DNA from: a candidate division WOR-3 bacterium
Lineage (GTDB): Bacteria > Hydrothermota > Hydrothermia > JBDRYB01
Direction: 5' to 3'
DNA length: 28,171 nt
Assembly (NCBI GenBank): GCA_049969615.1
Contig: JBMFOM010000014.1
Span: 1 to 28,171 of the forward strand
Shown here: piece after piece, positions 1 through 8,585 of the stretch
Layout of the letters: each line of letters begins with the position of its first letter
Numbering within the stretch: the stretch's first letter is position 1
The notes under the pieces: generated by a model
Database searches by the model: none
What the model was told of the DNA's origin: nothing
Seen by the model: only the letters and a program-made list of their open reading frames with translations
Program-made: the position numbers and the translations under genes

Positions 1-59
1 GCATCTCTTTAACCTCCGTTGGTTTGAAAATTATAAGCTCATCGGGGCAAGCCGAACAA
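1..59 (-). promoter_or_regulatory. Putative promoter, RBS and start codon of a gene leaving the left edge
   Basis: Minus strand: TTGTTC (59-54), 18 bp spacer, TATAAT (35-30), GGAGG (17-13), ATG at 4-2. Confidence 0.55.
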
Positions 60-235
60 GCGCGGTTTTCTCTCACCTGACACACTCAAGCACGGGTTTT
101 TCGGCCCACTCCGGGCAATAAGCCTTCCTCACAACTCAAAGGCCTTCGGCTCCTGTCTGGACAAAGCCATAAGCTCTCCGGGTGAACCACCCGGAGGGAT
201 TTACCGAAACGGCTTATTTGAGCGCGCAGGCGATC

Positions 236-265
236 TTGAAACCCCCTAAATCCGGCCACTATAAT
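236..265 (+). promoter_or_regulatory. Putative sigma70 promoter for the LivK-like gene
   Basis: TTGAAA (236-241), 18 bp spacer, TATAAT (260-265); GAGGAGG RBS before ATG 301. Confidence 0.6.
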
Positions 266-300
266 TTGCCCCTTAAACAAAAAACGAGGAGGTTTTTAAG

Positions 301-1554
301 ATGTTGAAGAAGATAGGACTATGCACATTGGGTTTGTTGGGAGCGCTGAGCCTCATCGGTTGCCCTCAGAAACCCAGGGAGGTGAAGATAGGCGTTGTTC
401 TTCCCCTGAGCGCTTCCGGGGAGCTCTCTGGCTATGCCAGGGATATACTGAACGGCGTGTATATGGGACTAGCAGAGACAGATGGAAAGCTTCAGGGCGT
501 GACCATCAAGATAATAGAGAAGGATTACGCTGGCGACCCAGCCAAGCTTGATGGGATACTCAAGGATCTGGAGGCCGAAGGCGTTATCGCGGTGATAGGC
601 CCCGTGAGTAGCACGGACGCTCTGGCTATAAAAGCCACTGTTAACGCCATGTCCATGCCAACCCTCACACCATCAGCCACATACAACAATGTCATTGAGG
701 GTTCAAGCTATCTCTGGCGTGTATGCGCTTCAAACAAGCATATAGGCCAGGCCGCGGCGCACCTCGCCGGGAAAGATGGCCTCGGGCTTTCCGAGGTAGC
801 GATAATTGAGCTGGATGGCAACCCGTATAGCGAGGAGCTCGCCTCCAATTTCAACGGGTTTGCTGGCGACGCGGGCATAAAGGTCATCAAGACCGTCATC
901 CGCAAGTCCGGAGAACCCATCTGCGACGAGAACACCATCAAGGACATCATGAAATCCTTCAAGGCCTCCCCTGAGAAGACCGGCATATTCCTGCCCCTAT
1001 ACTACGAGGATGCTACCCAGGCCATAATTGCGCTGAGGAAGGCAGGCTATAAGGGCACCATAATAGGCGGAGATGGTTGGGACTCCAAGAAACTGCCCGC
1101 GCTGGTCGGGGATGTTCCCGGCACCTGCTATTTCGTGACCCACTTCTCCCCGGATAACCCTTCCAACAAGGCGTTTGTTGAGAAATATACGGCCAGATAC
1201 TCTGAGAGCCCCACATCCTTCAGCGCGCTGGGCTACGACACCTACATGGTCCTTTACAACGCTCTCTCTAAAGCCCAGAGCCTCACGAAGGAAGGGCTCA
1301 GGGACCAGATGCAGTTTGTTGCATATGAAGGCGCAACGGGCAAAATAGAATTTGGTAAGCAGTATGAGCCGGCCGCAAAAGCCACGGTCATAATCAAGAT
1401 GGAGGCCGGAAAGCTCTCCTTCTTCAAGAGGTTCATCCTGTCCCCATACAAGAGCACAGCCGAGGTCACGGAGACCCCTGATGCCAACGAGGGTTCTGGC
1501 AGGCCGACGGACAAAAAGGGCACGGAGGGAGACAGGCCCATAGGCCCCAAGTGA
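301..1554 (+). CDS. Branched-chain amino acid-type ABC substrate-binding lipoprotein (LivK/Peripla_BP_6-like)
   Basis: Lipobox LIGC; KIGVVLPLS, AVIGPVSS, GGDGWDS, SALGYD and YEGATGKIEF motifs of type I periplasmic binding proteins; strong RBS. Confidence 0.85.
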   Translation: MLKKIGLCTLGLLGALSLIGCPQKPREVKIGVVLPLSASGELSGYARDILNGVYMGLAETDGKLQGVTIKIIEKDYAGDPAKLDGILKDLEAEGVIAVIGPVSSTDALAIKATVNAMSMPTLTPSATYNNVIEGSSYLWRVCASNKHIGQAAAHLAGKDGLGLSEVAIIELDGNPYSEELASNFNGFAGDAGIKVIKTVIRKSGEPICDENTIKDIMKSFKASPEKTGIFLPLYYEDATQAIIALRKAGYKGTIIGGDGWDSKKLPALVGDVPGTCYFVTHFSPDNPSNKAFVEKYTARYSESPTSFSALGYDTYMVLYNALSKAQSLTKEGLRDQMQFVAYEGATGKIEFGKQYEPAAKATVIIKMEAGKLSFFKRFILSPYKSTAEVTETPDANEGSGRPTDKKGTEGDRPIGPK

Positions 1555-1614
1555 TAGCAGGAAGGGCTTTATTAACGAGAGTAACTTTGATTCTGCTGTA
1601 AGCGAGGAGGGAGC

Positions 1615-2229
1615 ATGAACCCCCTTTCCTTGGAGGAGGGCCGGCTATTGGTCCGGCTGGCCAGGAGGGCTATAGAATCAAAGCTGACCGGCGAGGCCCT
1701 GGCCCTACAGGAAGATATTCCAGCGGTTTTCAGGGAGAACAAGGGGGTTTTTGTTACCCTCAAGACCCACGAGGGCGAGAATCTCCGAGGGTGCATAGGT
1801 TTCCCCGAACCCATCATGCCCCTGGTGGACGCCCTGCTGAACGCGGCCCTGGCCGCGGCCCTGAAGGATCCGAGGTTCCCGCCAGTCACGCCGGAAGAGA
1901 TGGACGGGATAATCATTGAGGTGACTGCTCTCTCTCAGCTAGAGCCTGTGCCGGGAAAAACGCCGGACGAGATAAAAAATAACATAAAAATAGGAACTCA
2001 CGGCCTTTTGGTAAGATACATAACCGGAAGGGCGGGATTGCTCCTGCCGCAGGTTCCGGTTGAGAACGGTTGGGGAGTTGAAGAGTTCTTGGGCTACACC
2101 TGTATGAAGGCTGGAATGCCAAAGGATACCTGGATGCACCCGGATTGCGCTGTCTTCCGTTTCACTGGCCAGGTATTCCAGGAAACCGAGCCACGGGGCG
2201 AGGTCGTGGAGGTGAAGCTAGGGAAGTAG
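1615..2229 (+). CDS. amrA: AMMECR1-domain protein (AmmeMemoRadiSam system protein A / TIGR00296 family)
   Basis: GVFVTL, LRGCIG, DPRFPPV, GLLLPQV and CMKAG motifs; GAGGAGG RBS. Confidence 0.85.
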   Translation: MNPLSLEEGRLLVRLARRAIESKLTGEALALQEDIPAVFRENKGVFVTLKTHEGENLRGCIGFPEPIMPLVDALLNAALAAALKDPRFPPVTPEEMDGIIIEVTALSQLEPVPGKTPDEIKNNIKIGTHGLLVRYITGRAGLLLPQVPVENGWGVEEFLGYTCMKAGMPKDTWMHPDCAVFRFTGQVFQETEPRGEVVEVKLGK

Positions 2230-2296
2230 CGGAATTCCGGATATCAACGCGCCCTCGCGCACCCTTTGACAAAGGGCATATAAGGGGTCGTTCACT

Positions 2297-3571
2297 TCAA
2301 GGGGCGATCACATCGGTTCCCATGTAGGGCACCAGCGCGTCGGGAACCCTGACCACGCCGCCCTGGGCCTGATAGTTCTCAAGTATGGCGACTATCACCC
2401 TTGGGAACGCGAGTCCAGAGCCGTTCAGGGTGTGTGGCCAGGCCATTGTACCGTCCTTCCTGCGAAGCCTGGTTCCTGAACGTCTCGCTTGAAAATCGCC
2501 GGTATTGCTTATGGAAGAAACCTCAAGCCACCTACCAATTCCAGGAGCCCAGGCCTCAAGGTCGTATGTCCTGATGGCCGCGAAACCGAGGTCGCCCGTG
2601 CAAAGTTCAACAACTCTGTAGGGCAAACCCAACCTACGGAGAAGGCCCTCGGCCTCGGAGCGCATCTCCTCAAGGGCTTGGTCGGACTGCTCCGGCAGGA
2701 CATATCGGAATAGTTCTACCTTGTCAAACTGGTGGACCCTTATCATTCCCCTGACATCCTTACCATAACTGCCGGCCTCCCGCCGGAAACAAGGGGTGTA
2801 AGCCGTATATTTCAGGGGGAGCTGTTCCTCACGGAGGGTCTCGCCCATGTGAAGATTGGCGAGTGGCAACTCGGCTGTCGGCGCGAGATAAAGCCCATCC
2901 TCGTCTCCAGTGTAATACATTTCCTCCCGGAATTTGGGCAGGTGGCCGGATCCCACTGCCGCGGCTTCCCTAGCTAGGATGGGCGGCCAGACCTCGGTGT
3001 AGCCGTATTCGGCTGTGTTGACATCAAGGAAAAAATTCATCAGGGCACGAACCATCCTGGAACCCAGGCCCCTGAACATTACAAACCGTGAACCGGACAT
3101 CCTGGCCGCGGACTCAAAATCCAGTATCCCAAGCATTGGGCCGAGGTCCCAGTGGGCCAAAGGCTGAAAGGAAAAGCTCTGTCTCTCACCCCATTCATAG
3201 AGAATCCTGTTGTCTCCCGCATCTTTCCCGACTGGCACGCTCTCGTGGGGAATGTTGGGCAGAGAGAGCCAGGCGCGGTTGAAGGCTTCAGTGGCCTCAG
3301 CCTCCAGCCTCTCAATCTCCGAGAGACGGTCTGCCAGCTTCCTGACGGTTTCTATGGCCTCGGTCGCGTCCTCATTTCTTTTCTTGAGTTCGGCCACCCG
3401 TTTTGAGAGCTCGTTGCGCCGAGCGCGGAGATCATCAGCTTCCCCAACGAGGACCCTGCGTCTTTCGTCCAGGGAGATAACATCGTCCAGGAGGGATTGA
3501 TCCCAGCCACGGTTGGCCAGCGCTTTCCGGAGCTCATCAGCCCTCTCTCTCAGGTATATCCTGTCAAGCAT
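2297..3571 (-). CDS. serS: Serine--tRNA ligase
   Basis: N-terminal coiled coil, LPNIPH, LAPTAE, CFRREAGSYGKDVRGMIRVHQFDK, EVSSISN, HTLNGSGLA. Confidence 0.98.
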   Translation of the reverse strand: MLDRIYLRERADELRKALANRGWDQSLLDDVISLDERRRVLVGEADDLRARRNELSKRVAELKKRNEDATEAIETVRKLADRLSEIERLEAEATEAFNRAWLSLPNIPHESVPVGKDAGDNRILYEWGERQSFSFQPLAHWDLGPMLGILDFESAARMSGSRFVMFRGLGSRMVRALMNFFLDVNTAEYGYTEVWPPILAREAAAVGSGHLPKFREEMYYTGDEDGLYLAPTAELPLANLHMGETLREEQLPLKYTAYTPCFRREAGSYGKDVRGMIRVHQFDKVELFRYVLPEQSDQALEEMRSEAEGLLRRLGLPYRVVELCTGDLGFAAIRTYDLEAWAPGIGRWLEVSSISNTGDFQARRSGTRLRRKDGTMAWPHTLNGSGLAFPRVIVAILENYQAQGGVVRVPDALVPYMGTDVIAP

Positions 3572-3577
3572 GTAGAA

Positions 3578-3606
3578 ATTATAACCTACTTACCGTGCAG
3601 GATCAT
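3578..3606 (-). promoter_or_regulatory. Conserved promoter cassette, copy 1 (serS)
   Basis: ATGATC-CTGCACGGTAAGTAGGT-TATAAT with 17 bp spacer; the serS ATG follows 6 nt later. Confidence 0.7.
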
Positions 3607-3706
3607 GTATTTGAGTATATAAGAAAACCGAACATACCCGAGGCAACGGTCCTAAGCCTTGACCCCAGATTTTGCGGCACCTGGGTTTCAAAGATAAATT
3701 GAGCAA

Positions 3707-3854
3707 AGCCTCATCATCATAGATAGAAGAGAACCCTGAGTAAATGCCCCCGTGGCGGGATTTTTCAGGGATCCCTCTTTTAGAATCCTGTTCTCTTGGA
3801 CAAAGTGCCCCTGGCTCAAACCAGTAAGTTATTATTACTTTATCAGTGGTCTCA
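3707..3854 (+). repeat. Dispersed intergenic repeat, copy B (core, right inverted arm and extension)
   Basis: Aligns by eye with 27888-28065 (reverse), 15107-15190 and 11490-11555 (reverse); contains CGGGATTTTTCAGGG at 3756-3770. Confidence 0.85.
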
Positions 3855-3884
3855 TTACACTAACAGACCAGCAAGGCCAAAACC

Positions 3885-4970
3885 CTATAGGTAGCTCCAA
3901 AAGGCTCCCTTTTTGCCCGGTTTAAGCTCCGGTCGGCCCAGTTGCCTGGTTCTGAGGAGAACCTCCGTGATTGCTTGCAGATAAGTGGTCCATGGCCCGC
4001 GCTCGCGGATTAGCATTTGATTGATGTTTCTCGCATTATCAACGAGGATGGCGTCATCAAGGGCCCTCTCTATCGCGGAGGCAACAGAAGCCGGCGAACG
4101 TGGATCAACGAGAAAACCATTAATACCATCTATGACCCAATCCCTAATAGCTGGCAGATCAGAGACAATGGGAAACGCCCTCATAGCCATAGCCTCAAGG
4201 AGGGAAACGGGGGTCGCATCCGATAGGGCTAACGAGAGATATAACCCTGCCATCCCAACAAGGCCCAGATAATCCCTCCGTGGCAACGGGCCTTTGAACT
4301 CCACATTAACTTGGATTGCCTCAGCGGCGCGTCGGCATTCCCCTGCCATGCTCCCGGCCATCGTGAAGACCAATCTCAGACTCCGGCCTTTTTCCCCCAA
4401 CAAACCGAGGGCTTCTATGGCTGTAATCGGGCTGTATATACTCTCTGCGGCCCTGGGAAATATAAGGAGGTTCTCGTGTTTCTGGACCGCAGGAAACGAG
4501 AGAGCATCAAATTCCGGGCCAAAAGGAAAAATCAAGACCCTGTCCGTAGGATAACCGAAATTCAACTGGAGGATTCGTCTGACCGCTACCGAATCAGTCA
4601 CAACCCAGCGCGCTGAAGAGAGAACACGCCTGGCCAACATGAACCTGAACGCATCCCTGAAAGGCCAAACCAAGATGTCCGAACCCCAGAGAACCAGGAC
4701 AAAGGGAACTCCGGCGCGCCACGCGGAAACCCCATACGCGGGGAGAAAATGGGCGAGCACAGCGTCGTGCTCGTCGGCGAGCGCCCTGATCTGTTGGCTG
4801 GGCATCCAGTATCTGAGTTTGCCTCGGCCCTGGAGACGGATAATCTTTCGCCCCGGTTCCCATGGCTCCTGGAACGAAGCGAGGGTCAACTGGTGGCCGA
4901 TTGATTCAAGGCCTCTTATCCACCTATCGGTGTGTGGGGATGAAGCGTCAGCCAGGAGAAGGACCTTCAT
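3885..4970 (-). CDS. Glycosyltransferase family 4 (GT-B)
   Basis: MKVLLLADASSPHTDRW start, WGSDIL, and D-x7-E-type C-terminal motif SDATPVSLLEAMA, then DGINGFLVDP; overlaps the upstream GT by 4 nt (ATGA). Confidence 0.88.
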   Translation of the reverse strand: MKVLLLADASSPHTDRWIRGLESIGHQLTLASFQEPWEPGRKIIRLQGRGKLRYWMPSQQIRALADEHDAVLAHFLPAYGVSAWRAGVPFVLVLWGSDILVWPFRDAFRFMLARRVLSSARWVVTDSVAVRRILQLNFGYPTDRVLIFPFGPEFDALSFPAVQKHENLLIFPRAAESIYSPITAIEALGLLGEKGRSLRLVFTMAGSMAGECRRAAEAIQVNVEFKGPLPRRDYLGLVGMAGLYLSLALSDATPVSLLEAMAMRAFPIVSDLPAIRDWVIDGINGFLVDPRSPASVASAIERALDDAILVDNARNINQMLIRERGPWTTYLQAITEVLLRTRQLGRPELKPGKKGAFWSYL

Positions 4971-6187
4971 GTGATCTCATCCAGTATGCTGGCGAGCGCG
5001 CTTGCTCTATTTGCGATTGAATACCTTTCGGTGTTCACTGGAAGCCTTAAAGCTTTTTTCATGAGATCAGAATATATCTGGCATATGCTCCAGAAAACAG
5101 CCTCCGGGTCATCCGGTGGACAGATGTAGGAACCGGTCTCCCTGGCGAGCCTGCACGCGTCCGTGTTCTCCGGAGCCGCAACCAGAATCGCCCTGCCCGC
5201 GCCCAGATAGTCATATGCCTTGACGGTTGAGACCTCTGGCCCCTCGTCTGGCCCTACCAGGACCCAGAGTAAGTTGTGTTCCTGCATGAGCCTGCATGAG
5301 TCCTTGTGGCTCGTGTATGGGATGTGTTTAAAAATATCGGAAAGCCCCCTTGCCATCGCCATATCCTCAACCGGATATGAGCCTATGCCGATCCAAGTAA
5401 GGGTGAACCTGACATCTGGCCTCTTTTTTCTGACGAGAGCGAGCCCGTCCAGGAACTTGGACGGGTCTGTTTTCCTGAAGAATGAGCCGGCATAGAGGAT
5501 TCTCAGGGTCTCGTCCTCCGGCATTGGGGCGTCGGGGAAATCATCCGGATCATACCCTTGGTGTATAACAGAGGCATTGACGCCGAAAGCATCCCTAAGC
5601 AGGTTTGCCATGACCTCATTTATAGCGATCACCGCGGCCGCTCGGGAAAGAACGCCCCTCTCTGCCTTGACGTTCCAGGACGCGTGGAAACCGGTGGGAT
5701 AAACCCTGTATTTGTTCCCGAGCCAGAGATCACGGTAATCAAGAACCAGGGGCAGGTCGGTCTTCTCCGAGAGCCTCCGACCCAGGATAAACGAGCTGTA
5801 TGGAGGGGAAGTAGCCAGGATAGCAGAGGGTTTTTCATTGCTCACGATCTCAAGCCCTCTCCTGAAACCCCGGCCTATCCAGAGCCTTCTGGTATCCGGA
5901 AACGAGAACCAGTTCGCCAAGCTTGCTCCCAGGGCTTTGGATTTTGGGTGTGGCTTTCCAGCGGCCAGAGAGTATGGCTCAGGGACGCTGACCCGCTCAA
6001 TCCGAACGTCGTCCGGCAGTTCATCAAGCAGGGTCTTGTCCTCAGCCAGGAAACGGAATCCACCCGCGCAAAGGACTATGGGTTTCCAGCCATACCTGGG
6101 GAGGTATTTGGCGAACTTCGCGGCCCTCATTACTCCGGACAACCCGCATGGGGGGAAATAGTAGGAAATATAAAGAAATCTTCTCAG
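4967..6187 (-). CDS. Glycosyltransferase family 4 (GT-B); start uncertain, possibly CTG at 6187
   Basis: FLYISYYFPP...GVMRAAKFAKYL start, ATSPPYSS, DYRDLW, QGYDPDDF, KAYDYLGAG. The ORF-track extension to 6262 runs through the promoter cassette. Confidence 0.85.
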   Translation of the reverse strand: MRRFLYISYYFPPCGLSGVMRAAKFAKYLPRYGWKPIVLCAGGFRFLAEDKTLLDELPDDVRIERVSVPEPYSLAAGKPHPKSKALGASLANWFSFPDTRRLWIGRGFRRGLEIVSNEKPSAILATSPPYSSFILGRRLSEKTDLPLVLDYRDLWLGNKYRVYPTGFHASWNVKAERGVLSRAAAVIAINEVMANLLRDAFGVNASVIHQGYDPDDFPDAPMPEDETLRILYAGSFFRKTDPSKFLDGLALVRKKRPDVRFTLTWIGIGSYPVEDMAMARGLSDIFKHIPYTSHKDSCRLMQEHNLLWVLVGPDEGPEVSTVKAYDYLGAGRAILVAAPENTDACRLARETGSYICPPDDPEAVFWSICQIYSDLMKKALRLPVNTERYSIANRASALASILDEIT

Positions 6188-6194
6188 CCAGAGA

Positions 6195-6223
6195 ATTATA
6201 ACCCACTTCCTGTGAAGGATCAA
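6195..6223 (-). promoter_or_regulatory. Conserved promoter cassette, copy 2 (glycosyltransferase operon)
   Basis: TTGATC-CTTCACAGGAAGTGGGT-TATAAT with 17 bp spacer. Confidence 0.75.
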
Positions 6224-6270
6224 ATTTTTGGAGTTGGGGAGACCGGACAGAATCTGATGCAATGGTTCTA

Positions 6271-6308
6271 AAAAACCCTGAAAAATCCCGGCTTGTCAGC
6301 CTCATCAT
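6271..6308 (+). repeat. Dispersed repeat fragment E (left inverted arm and start of core)
   Basis: AAAAACCCTGAAAAATCCCGGCTTGTCAGCCTCATCAT matches the 20952 copy and the reverse of the 28065 end; 6276-6290 is the exact reverse complement of 3756-3770. Confidence 0.8.
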
Positions 6309-6337
6309 TGCGAGACGGGTTCTAAATGGGTTATAAT
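6308..6337 (+). promoter_or_regulatory. Putative sigma70 promoter for the outer-membrane protein
   Basis: TTGCGA, 18 bp spacer, TATAAT; near-duplicate at 21211-21240; GGAGG RBS at 6361. Confidence 0.6.
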
Positions 6338-6373
6338 TTGTGTCTTAACAAAGCCTTTACGGAGGTTAAAACA

Positions 6374-7480
6374 ATGAAAAAAGTCATAGCAGGACTGGCA
6401 ATGGCGGCTGGCGTTGCTCTGGCAACCGAAGCGAGAGTTGATGGAATGGGAAGCGTATACGGCTACATGCTGGACGATGAGTCCATAGTGATACTCCAAA
6501 ACCCCGCGTGGGCCTATAACTTCACCGGAGTATCCGTCTTGGAGCTCAACAACCAGAACACCTTCAATGCTGGCGGCGCGTATGGTGGAATCCTGTTCAA
6601 TATGGGTGGGTTCGCCACCGGTCTCTATCTCAACAACCCCATATACGAATACCCGACCCTGGACAGCATGGAAGGCTACAAGGCGGCCCATGGGTTCACC
6701 TTCGCGCTCGGTTCCACGGGCGAGGGAATGAAATGGGGACTGAGGCTCGGAGCCGCGATGGACCAGGAAGGCGACACCGGATACACCATTAAGGGAACCC
6801 AGGTAAAGTTTGCCCCTGGCGTCATTCTTCCGTTGGGAGATGCCATGATTGACGCTGTGCTTATGGCTGACATCGGCATGCACTCCGACAACACCATGGG
6901 CGAAGATAACGCGCTTGAGCCTATATCCCCGCTGGACAGAATCGCTCTCGGCGTTCGCTACATCGGCTCCGGCGATTTCAAATGGATATACGGCCTCGGC
7001 GTGTATATGACTGACTACGGCACCAAGGTCGGCGATAACGAGAGTATTGACAAGACCATGGGTGGCTCAGTGAACGCAGGGTTCAATGTGAAGCCTTCTG
7101 AGAACAGCTTGGTTGCTGGCGGTCTCTCGGTTGGTGGCTCCCAGTGGAAAGGCAACGGCGATGCCTCTGATCTCCGTCTCAACCTTGGTCTTAGCCTGGG
7201 CGGCGAGCTCGGCCTCAGCGACTGGTTCATCCTGAGGGGCGGCCTGAACAACACGCCGCTCACGATTTATCAGGACAAGTCCAATCCGGACAATGTCTGG
7301 AAGTCAATGGGTGGCTCTGGACTTTCGGTGAGCCTCGGCGCGGGCATTGCCAGGGGTCCGGTCCGCTTTGACGCGACCGTGAGCGAGGACCTCCTTTACA
7401 ACTGGCCCTATTTCATTACCGGCAATCCATCCGCCGCTGTTGGCAAGCTCGCCCTCCTCTACCACTTCAGGACCCAGTAA
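6374..7480 (+). CDS. Outer-membrane beta-barrel protein with a FadL/OmpP1/PorV-like N-terminus
   Basis: Sec signal MKKVIAGLAMAAGVALA, ARVDGMG...DD...NPA motif, Gly/aromatic amphipathic strands, C-terminal LLYHF; GGAGG RBS before ATG 6374. Confidence 0.7.
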   Translation: MKKVIAGLAMAAGVALATEARVDGMGSVYGYMLDDESIVILQNPAWAYNFTGVSVLELNNQNTFNAGGAYGGILFNMGGFATGLYLNNPIYEYPTLDSMEGYKAAHGFTFALGSTGEGMKWGLRLGAAMDQEGDTGYTIKGTQVKFAPGVILPLGDAMIDAVLMADIGMHSDNTMGEDNALEPISPLDRIALGVRYIGSGDFKWIYGLGVYMTDYGTKVGDNESIDKTMGGSVNAGFNVKPSENSLVAGGLSVGGSQWKGNGDASDLRLNLGLSLGGELGLSDWFILRGGLNNTPLTIYQDKSNPDNVWKSMGGSGLSVSLGAGIARGPVRFDATVSEDLLYNWPYFITGNPSAAVGKLALLYHFRTQ

Positions 7481-7500
7481 GCTAAACCAACGAAAACAAA

Positions 7501-7525
7501 GCCCCCGGATGTTCCGGGGGTTTTT
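7501..7525 (+). terminator. Rho-independent terminator
   Basis: CCCCCGGA-TGT-TCCGGGGG stem followed by TTTTT, 20 nt after the barrel gene stop; the A-rich 5' side may make it bidirectional. Confidence 0.85.
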
Positions 7526-7679
7526 CTGGCCAGAGAAAGGCAGACTCATGCCAGATGATTTGTCTTGAAGCGCCGCGCGGATCAGAAAACCTGGCCGGGA
7601 AATTGAGCCCGGATTTTGTGGCGAGCGGATAATGGTGTTCAGGAGCTTTCGGGAATTATCGGGATTGGCTAGGTAAAGG

Positions 7680-7763
7680 CGGAGGGTGAGGGATTTGAAC
7701 CCCCAAGGGCTTTCGCCCGGCTGATTTCAAATCAGCTGCCTTACCTGATTAGGCTAACCCTCC
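7680..7763 (-). tRNA. tRNA-Ser (anticodon TGA); CCA not fully encoded
   Basis: Acceptor stem GGAGGGT/ACCCTCC, discriminator G, anticodon arm GCTGA-TTTGAAA-TCAGC, long variable arm GGGC-GAAA-GCCC, T loop TTCAAAT; followed by CCT. Confidence 0.95.
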
Positions 7764-7884
7764 ACGGAGGATTTTTGGTGTCCTGCCCTTTTTACACCGC
7801 GGATAGCCTCTCCAGGATGAGGAATTCGCAGGGTCATATTATCATCCACGCGCGGCGGCCGGATCAACACTGGCAAGGCATTTG

Positions 7885-8448
7885 CTACAAACGATACCTC
7901 AGCGGGATTACTTGTTGGGCGCCAGAAAGCAATGAAGCTGATAACATGACCTTTATGGCATCACCCGGTATGAAGGGCAGGATGCCAGCCTCTATGGGAT
8001 CCGGGACAAATGCCGAAAGCCAGAGCGCGCCCATCAGGTATATCAAAATGCTGGCGAGTGTCATCGCGCAAAGCGCCAGGAAGAAGTTCTTGCCCCAACC
8101 CTTTTCGGTCAGAAAACCCACCAGCGCCGCGGCAAGGGGAAAGGACATCAAGTAGCCGCCGGTGGGGCCCACGAGCCAGCCTGGGCCGGCTCCGCCCATT
8201 GCGAAAACCGGCAGACCCGAAACGCCAGCGGCCAGGTAAGCCATCAGGGATAGAAACGCCCTCCTGGAACCGAGTGCAGCACCAACCAGGAGGACGCCCA
8301 GGGTCTGGCCGGTGATTGGAACCGGACTGAACGGCAAGGGAACGGAGATCCTGGAAAGCGCGGCCACGAGTCCCGCGCCGATGAATATTGCGATTAGATC
8401 AAACCAGAGGGCCTCACGAACATCCTTTCTCAGAGCCAGCTCAAGCAT
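7885..8448 (-). CDS. bioY: Biotin transporter BioY (ECF S component)
   Basis: PFSPVPITGQTLGV, GLPVFA, GPTGGYL, PFIPGD.IK; start placed at ATG 8448, just after the promoter cassette. Confidence 0.93.
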   Translation of the reverse strand: MLELALRKDVREALWFDLIAIFIGAGLVAALSRISVPLPFSPVPITGQTLGVLLVGAALGSRRAFLSLMAYLAAGVSGLPVFAMGGAGPGWLVGPTGGYLMSFPLAAALVGFLTEKGWGKNFFLALCAMTLASILIYLMGALWLSAFVPDPIEAGILPFIPGDAIKVMLSASLLSGAQQVIPLRYRL

Positions 8449-8454
8449 GAATAA

Positions 8455-8483
8455 ATTATAACCCACTTCCTGCGCAGGATCAA
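8455..8483 (-). promoter_or_regulatory. Conserved promoter cassette, copy 3 (bioY), with a perfect palindrome TCCTGCGCAGGA
   Basis: TTGATC-CTGCGCAGGAAGTGGGT-TATAAT; ATG follows 6 nt later; similarity to copy 2 extends upstream to about 8510 and 6250. Confidence 0.8.
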
Positions 8484-8522
8484 ATTTTTGTATTTGGGAA
8501 GACCGGACAGAGATGAAGGACG

Positions 8523-8546
8523 AACCATGATTTTTCAGGGGAGTTC
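8523..8546 (-). repeat. Dispersed repeat fragment G (isolated inverted arm)
   Basis: Reverse strand GAACTCCCCTGAAAAATCATGGTT resembles GAAACCCCTGAAAAATCACGGTT at 20952. Confidence 0.6.
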
Positions 8547-8549
8547 TGG

Positions 8550-8579
8550 TTGATTTTCTCCGCCCGGACAGCATATACT
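8550..8579 (+). promoter_or_regulatory. Putative promoter of the lipoprotein/S8 operon
   Basis: TTGATT, 18 bp spacer, TATACT; ATG 8586 follows 6 nt later with no SD. Confidence 0.6.
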
Positions 8580-8585
8580 ATAGCC

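Noticed and set aside
130-200. Glycine riboswitch on the minus strand (GGAGAG...GCCGAAGG)
   Set aside because: The following GCAA and CTCTCAGG elements are missing, and the region lies upstream of the predicted promoter.
2262-2276. CCCTTTG-A-CAAAGGG palindrome containing TTGACA between amrA and serS
   Set aside because: No -10 box at proper spacing and no U tract; at most a weak terminator hairpin between convergent genes.
5558-6271. 237-aa plus-strand ORF
   Set aside because: Antisense shadow of the GT4 gene with no recognisable motif.
6305-6883. 192-aa minus-strand ORF
   Set aside because: Antisense shadow of the outer-membrane protein gene.
7720-7736. TCA in the loop on the plus strand, suggesting tRNA-Sec
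   Set aside because: The cloverleaf with correct D and T loops is on the minus strand, with anticodon TGA and a 7-bp acceptor stem, so it is an ordinary tRNA-Ser.
8449-8574. N-terminal extension of BioY in the ORF track; similar extensions at 6326, 15214 and 21188
   Set aside because: They translate through promoter or repeat sequence, giving spurious shared peptides such as GYNL and WVII.
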